Shown here: positions 30,883 through 41,400 of the stretch, in pieces
How positions within the stretch are numbered: the first letter of the stretch is position 1
Layout of the letters: the number at the start of each line of letters is the position of its first letter
NCBI GenBank assembly: GCA_963709345.1
Contig: CAVPVX010000002.1
Coordinates: 160,001-224,000 of the forward strand
Length of the DNA stretch: 64,000 bases
DNA from: an uncultured Actinomycetes bacterium
GTDB taxonomy: Bacteria > Actinomycetota > Thermoleophilia > UBA2241
Direction of reading: 5' to 3'
Position numbers and translations under genes: made by a program
Notes under the pieces: model-generated
Seen by the model: the letters and a program-made list of their open reading frames with translations, nothing else
Told to the model about the DNA's origin: nothing
Databases searched by the model: none

Positions 30883-32295
30883 TCAGGCCTCCTTGAGCGC
30901 GGCGATGCTCGCCTCGACGGCGGCCGCGTCCGAGTTCGTGTCGGCCGCCAGGAAGGCGATGTCGTCGGCGGTCGGCGCGTAGCCGTCGGGCGTCTGCTTC
31001 AACGCGTTGCGCACGTAGCTCTTACGCATTCGGGCAACGTCGAAGTCCTTGGCCTGGATCTGCTCCGGACGCTCGGGGATGACGATGACCTTGCCCGGCA
31101 CGTTCTCCGTCGGATCGCCGCTGCGCACCTCCACGCCCATCTCCCTGGCGAAGTTGAGCTGCGCCCAGTGGTGCTTGCCGGCGCCGGTGTACTCGGTCTC
31201 CTGAACGACCACCGTGTCGTCACGCGGCAGGTCGCGGGCCAGGCTCACCGCCGCGGTCATGGCGGTGTTGCCCGCAGGGCCGCGTTCCAGTCCCTCGATC
31301 TTGCTCATCGCCTCGGTGATGTAGAAGACCTCGCCCTGCGTCACCGTCAGGTAGCGGTCGATGTAGCGCAGCGAGCGGGCCGCGTTGCGCGGCACGTCGG
31401 CACGGTCGGGCCAGGTGGCGAACGGCACGCCGAAGCCGGTGTGGCCGGTGGTGAAGCTCTTGCGGTTGAAGTCGTCGTCGCTGGCCATGTGCAGGCCGCT
31501 GAGGTCGACGGAGGCGCTGATGATCTGCGTGTCGGTGGCGCCGGCGCGCTTGAGACCGCGAGCCGTGCCGGTGGTGTTGCCGCCGCCGGCGTGGGTGATC
31601 ACGCAGTGAGTCGGCGGCGCCCCGGTGAGCGCCGTCATCTCCTCGGCGATCTCGAGACCCAGGGTCTCGATGCCGCTCACCCCGAACGAGCTGTAGAGCG
31701 AGGCGGCGAAGTAGCCCGTGACGTCGAGCAGTTCGACCATGTGGAAGAAGAGCTCGGGGCCGACCGTCAGCTGAAGCACTTCCGCACCGAACGCCTCGCA
31801 GATCCGGCTCTTCTCGACGATCTCCGGCTGGCCGATGTGGCGGCTGTCGAAGGTCTCCTGGACGATGATGCACTTGAGACCGTAGCGCGCCGCCTGACTG
31901 CTCACGGCAGCGCCGTAGTTGCCCGACGTGGCGGCGATGACGCCCTCGTAGCCCTTCTCCTTGGCGACGTGGATGCTCACGCTGGCGCGGCGGTCCTTGA
32001 AGGCGCCGGCCATATTGGCGGCCTCGTCCTTGACGAAGATGCGGGCGCCCTTGCCGGGCGCGCTCATGGAGCGCACCACGTCGGTGAGGTTCTTGAGCTC
32101 AAGCAGCGGCGTGTTGCCCACGCCGGCCTTGGTCTGGATGGCGACGATGTCCTGCAGGCTGTAGCCGTGCGCCTCCATCATGCCCTCGTAGTCGAAGGCG
32201 ATGGGGCTCTGCTCGAACACGCTGTAGTCCATGCCGAGCGCCTTGCCCATGATCTCGCCGCGGCGCGCCATGATGGCGTCGAACCTGGTGGCCAT
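30883..32295 (-). CDS. ortB: 2-amino-4-ketopentanoate thiolase beta subunit
   Basis: GVGNTPL, KDEAAN..G.FKDRRAS, ATSGNYG, FNRKSFTTGHTGFG, LERGPAGN. Confidence 0.94.
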   Translation of the reverse strand: MATRFDAIMARRGEIMGKALGMDYSVFEQSPIAFDYEGMMEAHGYSLQDIVAIQTKAGVGNTPLLELKNLTDVVRSMSAPGKGARIFVKDEAANMAGAFKDRRASVSIHVAKEKGYEGVIAATSGNYGAAVSSQAARYGLKCIIVQETFDSRHIGQPEIVEKSRICEAFGAEVLQLTVGPELFFHMVELLDVTGYFAASLYSSFGVSGIETLGLEIAEEMTALTGAPPTHCVITHAGGGNTTGTARGLKRAGATDTQIISASVDLSGLHMASDDDFNRKSFTTGHTGFGVPFATWPDRADVPRNAARSLRYIDRYLTVTQGEVFYITEAMSKIEGLERGPAGNTAMTAAVSLARDLPRDDTVVVQETEYTGAGKHHWAQLNFAREMGVEVRSGDPTENVPGKVIVIPERPEQIQAKDFDVARMRKSYVRNALKQTPDGYAPTADDIAFLAADTNSDAAAVEASIAALKEA

Positions 32296-32636
32296 CAGCG
32301 CTCACCGCCTTCAGACGCCTGGTACTCCACCAGCCGCGCGCGCAGGTCGATGCCCACACGAGCGAGCTCGGGGATCGGCTTGCCGAACGTATGGAAGTAG
32401 CCCGGGTTGATGGCCGAGAGCGAGCCCTCGACCAGGCGCCCCGTCATGGTCTCGATGGTCATGGGATCGCCCAACGCGCCTGCGGCCTGGGCGAACCCCT
32501 TGATCCACATGCGCAGCGGCTTCTCCGCCGTCTCCGGCGGGAGGTTCTTGGACCGGTCGGCCGGCTCGAGGAGCACGCGCTCCACCTCGACCCAGTCGCC
32601 GGCCTCGCAGCAAGTGGCGTCTGTCAAAGCGGTCAC
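32295..32636 (-). CDS. ortA: 2-amino-4-ketopentanoate thiolase alpha subunit
   Basis: GDWV.V..V.LEP..R..NLP.ET...PL.MW.KGF; NP.Y.H.FG.PIPEL. Confidence 0.93.
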   Translation of the reverse strand: MTALTDATCCEAGDWVEVERVLLEPADRSKNLPPETAEKPLRMWIKGFAQAAGALGDPMTIETMTGRLVEGSLSAINPGYFHTFGKPIPELARVGIDLRARLVEYQASEGGER

Positions 32637-32641
32637 CCCTC

Positions 32642-33652
32642 TCAGACGGTGGGAGCCCAGTAGCGCGGGATCGGCAGGTCGACGACGGTCTGCATGCCGG
32701 CCGGCGCGCCGGGGAGCAGCGGGATGTAGTTGCCGGCGCTCGCATAGGTGCCCTTGCCCCCGGGTATCTCGGGAGTGTTGGCCATGTTCACGTTGGGGTC
32801 GCCGACGAGCTTGATGTAGTCGCCGGTGCCCTGATCGGCCATCTGCGGGTGGATCTGCTGCGGGTGGATCAGGTGGATCTTGAGCTCGCCCTTGCTGTAG
32901 CCCTTGCCGACCTGCTTGCAGCCGGCTACGTCACCGGCGGCCACGTGCACGCAGTCGGTGGAGCGCTCGACCTTGGTCACGATGGGCTCGCGCGTCTCGA
33001 CGATCTCGTCGATGTCCCAGCCCAGGGCCCTGGCTATGAGCATGATGCTCTCGGGGAAACCGATGTGACCGACGATCGTGCCGTCGGCGACGCCCTTCTC
33101 GAACTGCTCGACGGTGGTGCCCACGCCCTGGCCGGTCATGACCGTGGGGCCGAAGGGCGAGAGGTCGTTGACGCGCGACGCCTCGATGGAGTCGACACGC
33201 AGGCAGATGCTGCTCCACATGACGATGAGCGCGTCGAGGACGAAGCCGGGGTTGATGCCGGTGCCCAGGATGGTGACGTCGTTCTCCTTGGCGAGCTTGT
33301 CGAACATCTCGGCGCGCTCGGGGTCGCTGGCCCACGGGTAGGCGAGCTTCTCGGCGATGCAGACCACATTGCAGCCGGCCTTCACCGCGGGCACGATCTG
33401 CGGCTCGATCTCGTCCATGTTGCTCTGCGTGTTGATGCAGACCACGTCGGGCTTCTGCGCAAGGACCGCCTCGAAATCGGTGGTCATCTTGACGTCGCAC
33501 GGGCGACCGAGAAGCTCGCCGACCGTCTTGCCCTCTTTGGCGGGATTGGTGACGATGACGCCGCAGAGGTCGATGTCCTTCGGGCGGTCGAGGATGTACC
33601 CCAGGAGACCCTGGCCCATCATGCCCGTGCCCCACTCAGCTACTCTGATCAT
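32642..33652 (-). CDS. ord: 2,4-diaminopentanoate dehydrogenase
   Basis: WGTGMMG Rossmann, LGTGINPGFVLD, RVNDLSPFG.TVM..QGVG, GHIGF.ES, HPQQ, PEIPGG.GT. Confidence 0.94.
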   Translation of the reverse strand: MIRVAEWGTGMMGQGLLGYILDRPKDIDLCGVIVTNPAKEGKTVGELLGRPCDVKMTTDFEAVLAQKPDVVCINTQSNMDEIEPQIVPAVKAGCNVVCIAEKLAYPWASDPERAEMFDKLAKENDVTILGTGINPGFVLDALIVMWSSICLRVDSIEASRVNDLSPFGPTVMTGQGVGTTVEQFEKGVADGTIVGHIGFPESIMLIARALGWDIDEIVETREPIVTKVERSTDCVHVAAGDVAGCKQVGKGYSKGELKIHLIHPQQIHPQMADQGTGDYIKLVGDPNVNMANTPEIPGGKGTYASAGNYIPLLPGAPAGMQTVVDLPIPRYWAPTV

Positions 33653-34175
33653 GTATCGCTCCTTGTTTCGCGGCTGCAGTCATGCAGATGATCCATGCAA
33701 GGAGAGACGGAGCTCTCCTGTCCAGCAAACAGTGATGATGGCCGGAGCGCCGAGGTGGGCGCTGTGATGCAGGCAGCATCGCGGCCGGCGGCGGGTGAGG
33801 GCGACGGCGCCGGCCGCAAGGCGGGCGACCGCGCGATCAGGAGTGGGGAGCTGGAGGAGGCTGGTCGACCGTGTCGTGCGAGAGGATGGAAAGCTCTTTG
33901 CCCATCGTCGCTCCTTGGTCGAGAGTGGCGCCGGTCGGCAAGCGCCGAGCGGCGTCCCGCATGCTATGCGGGCGTCACGGGGCAGTCAACCGTGACGATT
34001 TAGTGACTATCGTGACGACCACTGTATATAGTGTGCGAACAGGCTGGCCGTGAGGCGACAGATGCCTCGCTGCCGATGCCCAAAGGGCCGACCATCCCGG
34101 GAGCGCCCCACGCACACTGCACCAGGGCATCCAGAATCGGGGGACGGGGCAACACGACGCGTGAAGGGGGACCAA

Positions 34176-35210
34176 ATGGCATGCAACTCACCTACCCACG
34201 GGGCGCAGAACAAGCGGAGGGGACATCGGCTCGTGCCGCCGGCCGTTCTCCTGATCCTGAGTGCGGTAGCGCTCCTTGCTGCCCTCGTCCTCGGCGCGTG
34301 CGGCAGCACGACCGAAGAAGGCGACACCGGCGGCGGAGCGACGGCCACGGAGCAGACGTTCGAAATCGGGGCGCCCGACACAGAGAAGGCCAGCATCACG
34401 ATCAAGCTAGACCCCGCGCTCCAGGACATGTTGCCCGACAGCGTGAAGTCAGCCGGCAAGATGAAGGCCGCCACCAACGCACCGTACCCGCCGTGGGAGT
34501 ACTACGAGTCGCCCGGTAGCCCCGTGTTCGTCGGTATCGAACCCGACCTCGCCAAGGCGCTTGGCGCCAAGCTCGGCATCGAGATCGTCCTTCAGCAGAC
34601 CCCGTTCGACAGCATCATTCCCTCGATGCTGTCCGGCAAGGCCGACCTTGGCATATCGACTTTCTACGACACTCCTGATCGCCAGAAGGTCGTGGACATC
34701 GTCGACTACGCCAAGGACGGCTCGGGCATCCTGGTCTTGAAGGGCAATCCGGACGGGATCGTCGGACTGGACAGCCTCGCCGGCAAGGTCGTGTCGGTGC
34801 AGAAGGGGACGACTCAGTACGATTTCCTCGTCAACACCAACAAGGAGTTTGCCGCTGCCGGCAAGGCGGAGATAAAGATCCTCGCGCTGCCCTCCGACAC
34901 CGACGCACAGCTCGCGGTCAAGAGCGGCAAGGCCGAGGCGCAAATGACCGACGGACCGGGTGGCGCCTATGTCGCGAAGACCAGCGGCGGCGGCGACGTC
35001 TTCGAGGCGATCGTCGACCCGGCCTTCCCCGGAGGCTACGACCCAGCGACCATCGCCATCCTGATCACGAAGGGCATTCCCAATCTCCCCGAGGCGTTCC
35101 AGCAGGCGTTTCAGCAACTCGTCGACGAGGGCGTGATGAAGCAGATCCTCGATCTCTACGGCGCAGGCGAAAGCATGCTCGACCCCATCACCATCAACCT
35201 GGGTTCGTGA
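34176..35210 (+). CDS. Polar amino acid ABC transporter substrate-binding lipoprotein (start uncertain)
   Basis: Lipobox LGAC; YPPWEY, G.EPDL, FDSIIP....GK.D, T.DR...VD. Confidence 0.88.
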   Translation: MACNSPTHGAQNKRRGHRLVPPAVLLILSAVALLAALVLGACGSTTEEGDTGGGATATEQTFEIGAPDTEKASITIKLDPALQDMLPDSVKSAGKMKAATNAPYPPWEYYESPGSPVFVGIEPDLAKALGAKLGIEIVLQQTPFDSIIPSMLSGKADLGISTFYDTPDRQKVVDIVDYAKDGSGILVLKGNPDGIVGLDSLAGKVVSVQKGTTQYDFLVNTNKEFAAAGKAEIKILALPSDTDAQLAVKSGKAEAQMTDGPGGAYVAKTSGGGDVFEAIVDPAFPGGYDPATIAILITKGIPNLPEAFQQAFQQLVDEGVMKQILDLYGAGESMLDPITINLGS

Positions 35211-35214
35211 TCCC

Positions 35215-36189
35215 ATGGCAACGACCGCCGATTCCGGCAAGTCCCCGGTAGCACCGCGCGGCCAACGTCCGCCGGACATTAAGGCGATCCCGGTCCGTCA
35301 CTACGGCACCTGGGCGTTCGCGGCGGTCGTCATCTTCCTCGCTGCCGCGGTAGTCGTCTCGCTGGCCAAGAACCCCAACATGGAGTGGAAGGTCGTCGGG
35401 GAGTACCTGTTCAAGCCCCTGACTCTGCGCGGCGTGGTGGTGACCATCGAGTTGACGATCATCGCGATGGTCATCGGCGGCGTCGGCGGCGTCATACTCG
35501 CCGTCATGAGGTTGTCGAAGAACCCGGTCCTCGGCACCATCGCTTCGTTCTACATCTGGTTCTTCCGTGGCACCCCGGTGCTGGTGCAGATCCTCATCTG
35601 GGGCTTCCTTGGAGCTCTCTATCCGACCATCTTCATGGGCATCCCCTTCGTGGGCATCGTCTTCGGCAGTTGGGAGACGTCCGCCGTGATCGGCGCCTTC
35701 ACCGCCGCCATCCTCGGCCTCGGCCTCAACGAGGCCGCCTACGATGCGGAGCTCGTCCGGGCCGGCATCATATCGGTCAGTCCGGGGCAGTCCGAGGCAG
35801 CCTTCTCGCTCGGGATGCCGTGGGGCATGACCATGACTCGAGTCGTGCTTCCGCAGGCGATGCGCATCATCATCCCGCCCTTCGGCAACAACACCATCTC
35901 GATGCTCAAGACCACGTCGCTGGTCTCGGTGATCGGCGGCAACGAGCTCCTCACGAGGTTGCAGACGGTCTGGGGGCAGACGTTCCAGATCATCCCCCTG
36001 CTCATCGTGGCCTGCATCTGGTACCTCGCCCTCACCACGGTCTTCAGCATCGGGCAGTACTACCTCGAGAAGCACTACGGAAAGGGCCACTCCCGCAAGT
36101 CGGCGGCGCCCAAGAAGCAGAAGGAGCCCGTTGGCCTAGCAACCAAGCTCGAGAACGGGGCGGCGGCAATCCCGGAGGAGCACCGATGA
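35215..36189 (+). CDS. Polar amino acid ABC transporter permease
   Basis: FRGTP.LVQ, LNEAAY.AE..RAG, GQ.EAA..LG, LKTTSL. Confidence 0.93.
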   Translation: MATTADSGKSPVAPRGQRPPDIKAIPVRHYGTWAFAAVVIFLAAAVVVSLAKNPNMEWKVVGEYLFKPLTLRGVVVTIELTIIAMVIGGVGGVILAVMRLSKNPVLGTIASFYIWFFRGTPVLVQILIWGFLGALYPTIFMGIPFVGIVFGSWETSAVIGAFTAAILGLGLNEAAYDAELVRAGIISVSPGQSEAAFSLGMPWGMTMTRVVLPQAMRIIIPPFGNNTISMLKTTSLVSVIGGNELLTRLQTVWGQTFQIIPLLIVACIWYLALTTVFSIGQYYLEKHYGKGHSRKSAAPKKQKEPVGLATKLENGAAAIPEEHR

Positions 36190-36950
36190 GTGAACCCATG
36201 GTTCTCGCCGAGAACGTCTGGAAGTCGTTCGGCAGCAACGTCGTCCTGAAGGGCGTTGACATGCGCGTCGAGAAGGGTCAGGTCGTCGTACTCCTGGGGC
36301 CCAGCGGCGGCGGCAAGTCCACGATCCTTCGCTGCATCAACCACCTCGAGAAGATCCAGGGCGGACGCCTTTCCGTCGAAGGCACGCTTGTCGGCTACAA
36401 CGAGCGGAACGGCAAGCTGTACGAGATGACGACCAAGAAGGTCGCGAAGCAACGCGCAACCATCGGCATGGTGTTCCAGGCGTTCAACCTCTTCCCGCAC
36501 ATGACGACGCTCGAGAACGTCACCGTGGCGCCGATCCGTGTGCAGAAGAAGTCACGCGAAGAGGCGCGCGAGCTGGGGCAGAAGATGCTGGACCGTGTCG
36601 GTCTTGCTAATCGAGCCGACTACTACCCCAGTCAGCTCTCGGGCGGACAGCAACAGCGCGTCGCGATCGCTCGTGCTCTGTGCATGAAGCCGAAGCTGAT
36701 GCTCTTCGACGAGCCGACGTCGGCACTCGACCCGGAACTCGTCGGTGAGGTCCTCGACGTGATGAAGGAACTTGCGGAGAGTGGCATGACGATGGTCGTC
36801 GTCACGCACGAGATCGGGTTCGCGCGCGAGGTCGCCGACCTCGTCGCGGTCCTGGACGGCGGGGTGGTCATCGAGTTCGGACCACCATCGCAGGTCTTCG
36901 ACAACCCGCACGACCCCCGCACCGCCGAGTTCCTGTCTGCAGTCCTCTAG
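36186..36950 (+). CDS. Polar amino acid ABC transporter ATPase (GlnQ-like)
   Basis: [37 protein letters not shown]. Confidence 0.94.
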   Translation: MSEPMVLAENVWKSFGSNVVLKGVDMRVEKGQVVVLLGPSGGGKSTILRCINHLEKIQGGRLSVEGTLVGYNERNGKLYEMTTKKVAKQRATIGMVFQAFNLFPHMTTLENVTVAPIRVQKKSREEARELGQKMLDRVGLANRADYYPSQLSGGQQQRVAIARALCMKPKLMLFDEPTSALDPELVGEVLDVMKELAESGMTMVVVTHEIGFAREVADLVAVLDGGVVIEFGPPSQVFDNPHDPRTAEFLSAVL

Positions 36951-36972
36951 CAGGCGGCGGAGAAGGCCACAA

Positions 36973-37016
36973 GAAAAGGCCGCCGGCGTGTCTGTCGACA
37001 CGCCGGCGGCCTTTTC
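36973..37016. terminator. Bidirectional intrinsic terminator
   Basis: GAAAAGGCCGCCGGCGTGTC-tgtc-GACACGCCGGCGGCCTTTTC between convergent genes. Confidence 0.88.
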
Positions 37017-37065
37017 GCTGCTCTTCTGCTTCAGCCGCGACAGTGCGGGAGGAACAGTTGCTATC

Positions 37066-37188
37066 CTAGCGGCGAGGACGCGTGACGCGCTGCCGCTCAA
37101 GTTCTCCTGACACCTCTGAGACACCCAGCACGACGCTCGAGACTCCTGAGAACACCGTGCCGATGGCGGTAATGGTCCTATCGAACAT
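37066..37188 (-). CDS. Putative 40-aa small protein MFDRTITAIGTVFSGVSSVVLGVSEVSGELERQRVTRPRR
   Basis: AAGGAGG RBS, near-consensus promoter upstream and terminator downstream; below the ORF-track size cut-off. Confidence 0.55.
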   Translation of the reverse strand: MFDRTITAIGTVFSGVSSVVLGVSEVSGELERQRVTRPRR

Positions 37189-37220
37189 GACGTCCCTCCT
37201 TCGATTGAAAAACAAACCGT

Positions 37221-37267
37221 TTGTGTCTTCCGTCACAAAATATATACCCAGTGACGCCTCTTGTCAA
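37221..37267 (-). promoter_or_regulatory. Sigma-A promoter with CRP/Rex-like operator
   Basis: TTGACA (37267-37262)-17 bp-TATATT (37244-37239), followed by TTGTGA-CGGAAG-ACACAA (37238-37221). Confidence 0.65.
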
Positions 37268-37289
37268 CCAGTCCCGGCTCCTGCGTGAG

Positions 37290-37790
37290 CACCGGGGCTC
37301 ACGCGAGACGCGCTGGGCGACCACCTGCGTCCCGGCGGTGCCGGCGACGATCTCCCGGATGTCCTTCAAGGCCTGATCGCCGCCTGCTTGCCCGTGTCTA
37401 GGACGAAGTGGCTGGCCGCATCGACCTTGGAGCCCATCGAGACAGCGGGGAGTGCGCGCTGTGCCAGCTCCGCCGGAGTCGCACGGTCGATCAGTCGCTG
37501 GCTTGGCGTACCCCAGTCCAGGTACACGCCATCGGTGTCGGTCGCCATCACGTGGACGCCGGCGACCAGGTCGCGCACCAGAAGCTCGCTGGCTCAATCC
37601 TTGTCGATGACCGCCTCGACGCCTTGAAGGGCATCCCGGCCGCCGGCGGCGACGGCGGCCGGGATGCCGGCCCCACCGGCGCACACCACCACAGTGTTCT
37701 TCTCGACCAGTCTCTTCACCAGTTGGATCTCGAAGATGCGCTTCGGCGCCGGCGAGGCGACCACTCGGCGTCACCTGTCGCCCCTCGTGG
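37290..37790 (-). pseudogene. arcC: Carbamate kinase C-terminal remnant
   Basis: [55 protein letters not shown]; TGA at 37771-37773 and 37594-37596; 5' half missing. Confidence 0.85.
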
Positions 37791-37839
37791 ACCGCGACGG
37801 CCAGCACGGCGACGCGTACCGGCTTCATCCGCGCAGCAT

Positions 37840-38334
37840 GGTTCGGAAAGCATTCGAGATGCTCGCGAATGAAACGGACGCGGCCTGCACGGCTGCCTGC
37901 CGCTCCCGATCGTCGCGAGACGGATAGCTGAACCTTCAGCGCCGCACCTGCCCGGAAATGGCGTCCCTGTCGGGGGCGACGCCCGTGGCTGCGCGGATCC
38001 TGCAATCGTAGGTGCGGCAGGCCAGCGGCCGGTCCTCGTAGACGGTACAGCGGGCCTCGACCAGAATGGGGCTACGCCCAGCCTGGTCGTACCCGAGCAC
38101 GAGCGTACTGGGCGGCAGACCCGGAGCCGGGAACAGGAGCTCGCGGGGCAGCCGGGTCCGGGTCCGCTTCTCCTCAGGCGGCACGTGGATGGAATGTGAG
38201 GCACGGCAGCACGCGTTGCACTCCCCGCAGGGCATGTCCGCCGACTCCCCTTCTGCAAGTGCGGCATGTGCGGAACGCAGCCAGGCGGAGAAGTCGCCGG
38301 CGGGCAGCGTCCCTCTGCCACGGTTCTCAGTCAC
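37840..38334 (-). pseudogene. YkgJ/CxxCxxCC family protein, disrupted
   Basis: PCGECNACC, CTVYEDRP.ACR.YDCR; TGA at 37936-37938 followed by continued protein-like sequence. Confidence 0.7.
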
Positions 38335-38465
38335 GGCGAAGACGATGCAGTCTGGACCGGCTGTCCGTCGAGTTGAGCCGGCTTGGGCCGCCTTGAGCCC
38401 GACGACATCCAGGTCTTTCAACTGCAGCATCGTCGGCATCGTGCGTCCCGCCTTCTCGGAGCCGC

Positions 38466-41400
38466 TCAGCCGGGTGCGAGCTCATCCGGACAGACGGCGC
38501 GACCGGCGTCGACCACCCTGCCGATCTCTCGGCAGGCGAGCGCCCGCAGCTCGGCGTCGACAGGGATGTGGACAGCGAAGCCGCCGCCAGCCGCGGCGAT
38601 GAAGATGACCTCGCGCACGACGCCGCCGGTGGCGGCCTCGACCGCGACCGCATAGGCGGCTCCCTGCGGACGATACCGATCGAGCAGCGCCTCCGGGTCG
38701 GCGGCGCGGTCGGTCTTGTAATCGACGACGACCCATTCCTCGCCGTCGCGGTACAGCAGGTCGACCGCACCACTCACGATCACGTCATCGACGAGCACGC
38801 CGACCGAGAGCTCGCGGTGCACGCCGTCAAGATCGTCGGCGGCCGCGGCGGCGCGGCGAACCGGGTCGGCTCGCCAGCAAACGCGCGCCAGTTCCGCGGC
38901 GCGCTCGGCCAGATCCGGGTGTTCAAGCTCCTGCGCGACCCCCGGAGCATGGCGAGCGATGGACGACTCGTCGTCGAGATCGCAGAGTTCCATGAGGCGG
39001 TGCACGGCCGAGCCCAGGGCCAGCGCCCTGGCTCGGCCGGGCGGCGCCCCGGGGCCACCGCCGCGAACCGTCTCATCCACGTGCTCGAGGCCGCTCGGGC
39101 TGGTGGCGGACACGGGCGTGCGAGCCTCGGCGAGCAGCGCCTCCCGCGCCTCCAGCCAAGCGCCGCGGGCCGCGACCAGGGTCGCGGCGTCTGGCGCCTC
39201 GTCACTGTCCGGGCGCGCAGGCGGATCCCTTGGCGGCAGCACCAGCACACCGCCGTCCTCGTACTCCTCGGCAATTTCGGTGGGCAAGGGGAGAAGGTCG
39301 GCGACCGGCCCGAGCATGACGCCTTTGGCCGTGCCGTCCTTGTTCGTCAGCGTGCCGAACAGGCTCACCACCAGCCGGTCGCGCGCCCGAGTGGCGGCCA
39401 CGTACAGCAGCCGCCGCGTCTCGCTTGCCGCCATGAGCTTCTCGCGCTCCTTGAGTGCCAGATACGCCCGCGGTTCGAGGTCGCGATCCGCGGCCCCGGG
39501 CAGCGCAGCCTTGAGCTTGATCGCCATGCGACGCTCGACACGGTCGACGATGTGCTCGCCCCCTCCCCCGCCGCCAGCAAGCGCCCCACCCACCAGCACG
39601 ACGATCGGGTACTCCAGGCCTTTGGCCTTGTGGATGGTGAGCAGGTGGATCACGTCGCCCTCATCGTCGACCCGTGACTCCTGCTCGTCGGCCGCATCGC
39701 CGGCCTCGGCGGCCCACGTGAGAAACGCGCCGAGACCGCCGCCGCCGGCGCGGGTGAACGCCCGCGCGCGATCCACCAGCTTCTCCAGATTGGCGATCGC
39801 CTGAGCGGCTCCAGCCCCGGTCGCAGCGAGGCACTCCGACGCGCGCGCCAGACGCACCAGCTCCGCGGCCATCTCGTGCGGCTCAGCCTCGACCCGACGC
39901 ACATGCAGCGCGCGCAGCATCGTCAAAGCATCGATGATTCCCGCGTGCTCTTCCGGCTGCGCGGCCGCGAAGAGGTCGAACCGGCCGCCTGCCGCCCAGA
40001 ACAGGAAGAGGTCGTCGTCGCTGAATCCGAAGAACGTCGAGTGCAGGGCGCCGTACAGCGCCGGGCCGTCACTCGGGTCGTCGATGGCCCGCAGGCAGAG
40101 AAGAGCATCATCCACTTCGCGCCGGGCGAAGTAGGCCTTGCCGCCGTCGACGCGATACGGCACGCCGGCCGCGCGCAGCGCCTGTTCGTACGTCTCGAGG
40201 CCGGTGGTCGCGCGAAACAGCAGTGCGACGTCGCCCCAACGCGGCGGGCGCCGGATCTCGGGGCCTCCCGCCGCGTCACGGTCCTGGACCGTCCAGCGCT
40301 CCGCGTCCGGCCCGTGCATAGCAAGGAGCAGCGCCGCGACGGCGGCGGCCTCATCGCGGCGTGCGGCATCCGCCGCCCCGGCCGCACTCCCGTACGGCTG
40401 CCCGAGCACTACCGACACCATGGGGCCATCCGTGAGGGGCCGGTGCGGCTCCACCCACTGGTACCCCGGCTGGCGGCCCTCCTCCTCGTCGGCGTCGAAC
40501 ACGGTGGCGAACACGTTGTTGACCCACCCGACCACAGCAGGCGTCGTACGGAAGTTCTGGCTGATGGCGGTGACGACTCCCGTTCCGCCAGGCTGACCAC
40601 CCACGTGGCGCTTGACCTCGTCGTAGAGCGCGATGTCGGCGCGCCGGAAGCGGTAGATGGACTGTTTTGGATCGCCGACCACGAACAGCTTGCCGGGCTC
40701 GAGCACCACCTCACGCCAGCCGGAGGCGAGTGGCTCGCGCTCGCACAGGAAGAAGACGATCTCGGCCTGCAGAGGGTCGGTGTCCTGGAACTCGTCCACA
40801 AGCAGATAGCGGAACCGGCCCTGCAGGGCGCCGCGCGCAGCACGATTGCCCACCAGCAGATCGCGAAGGCACCCCAGGAGGTCGGTGAAGTCGAGACGAC
40901 CAAGCGCGAGCTGCGTGCGGCCGGCCCAGCGCGAGAACGCATCCGCGACAGCGACCGCCAGGCCGGTGAGGAACTCGGCGTAGAGGTCGACCAGGTCGAT
41001 GACGACGCCGACCGCGGCCTGATACCGCGCCTGAAGCTCTTCCTTGCCGCCCCTGCCCGGATCCCAGTTGCCTTTGGCGCCCCCGGGCGCCGACTTGGTC
41101 GTCTTCGCCGGCAGGTCGAGCAGCGCCGCCGCCAGCAGATCGAGATCGACCGGCGAACCCGCAGGCAGCCGCTCGCCGGCTTCGACCAGCTCCATGGCAG
41201 CGCCGAATCCTCTGTCGCTCTGGTCGCCGCATGCCGAGATGCAGTACTCGCGCAGTTGCGCGAGCTGTGCGGCGAGATTCGACAGACCGGAGGTCAGATC
41301 AGGCTCGCCCGGCGGATCCGGCACGGGGTCGATGTCGTAGCGCTCGCCGAACACGCCCCTCGGGCCCACGGCGAGTTCCCGCACCAGGCCCAACCCGACG

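Noticed and set aside
33670-33700. ARG box upstream of ord (TGCAGATGATCCATGCA)
   Set aside because: Spacing does not fit the 14-bp TGxAT-N4-ATxCA core.
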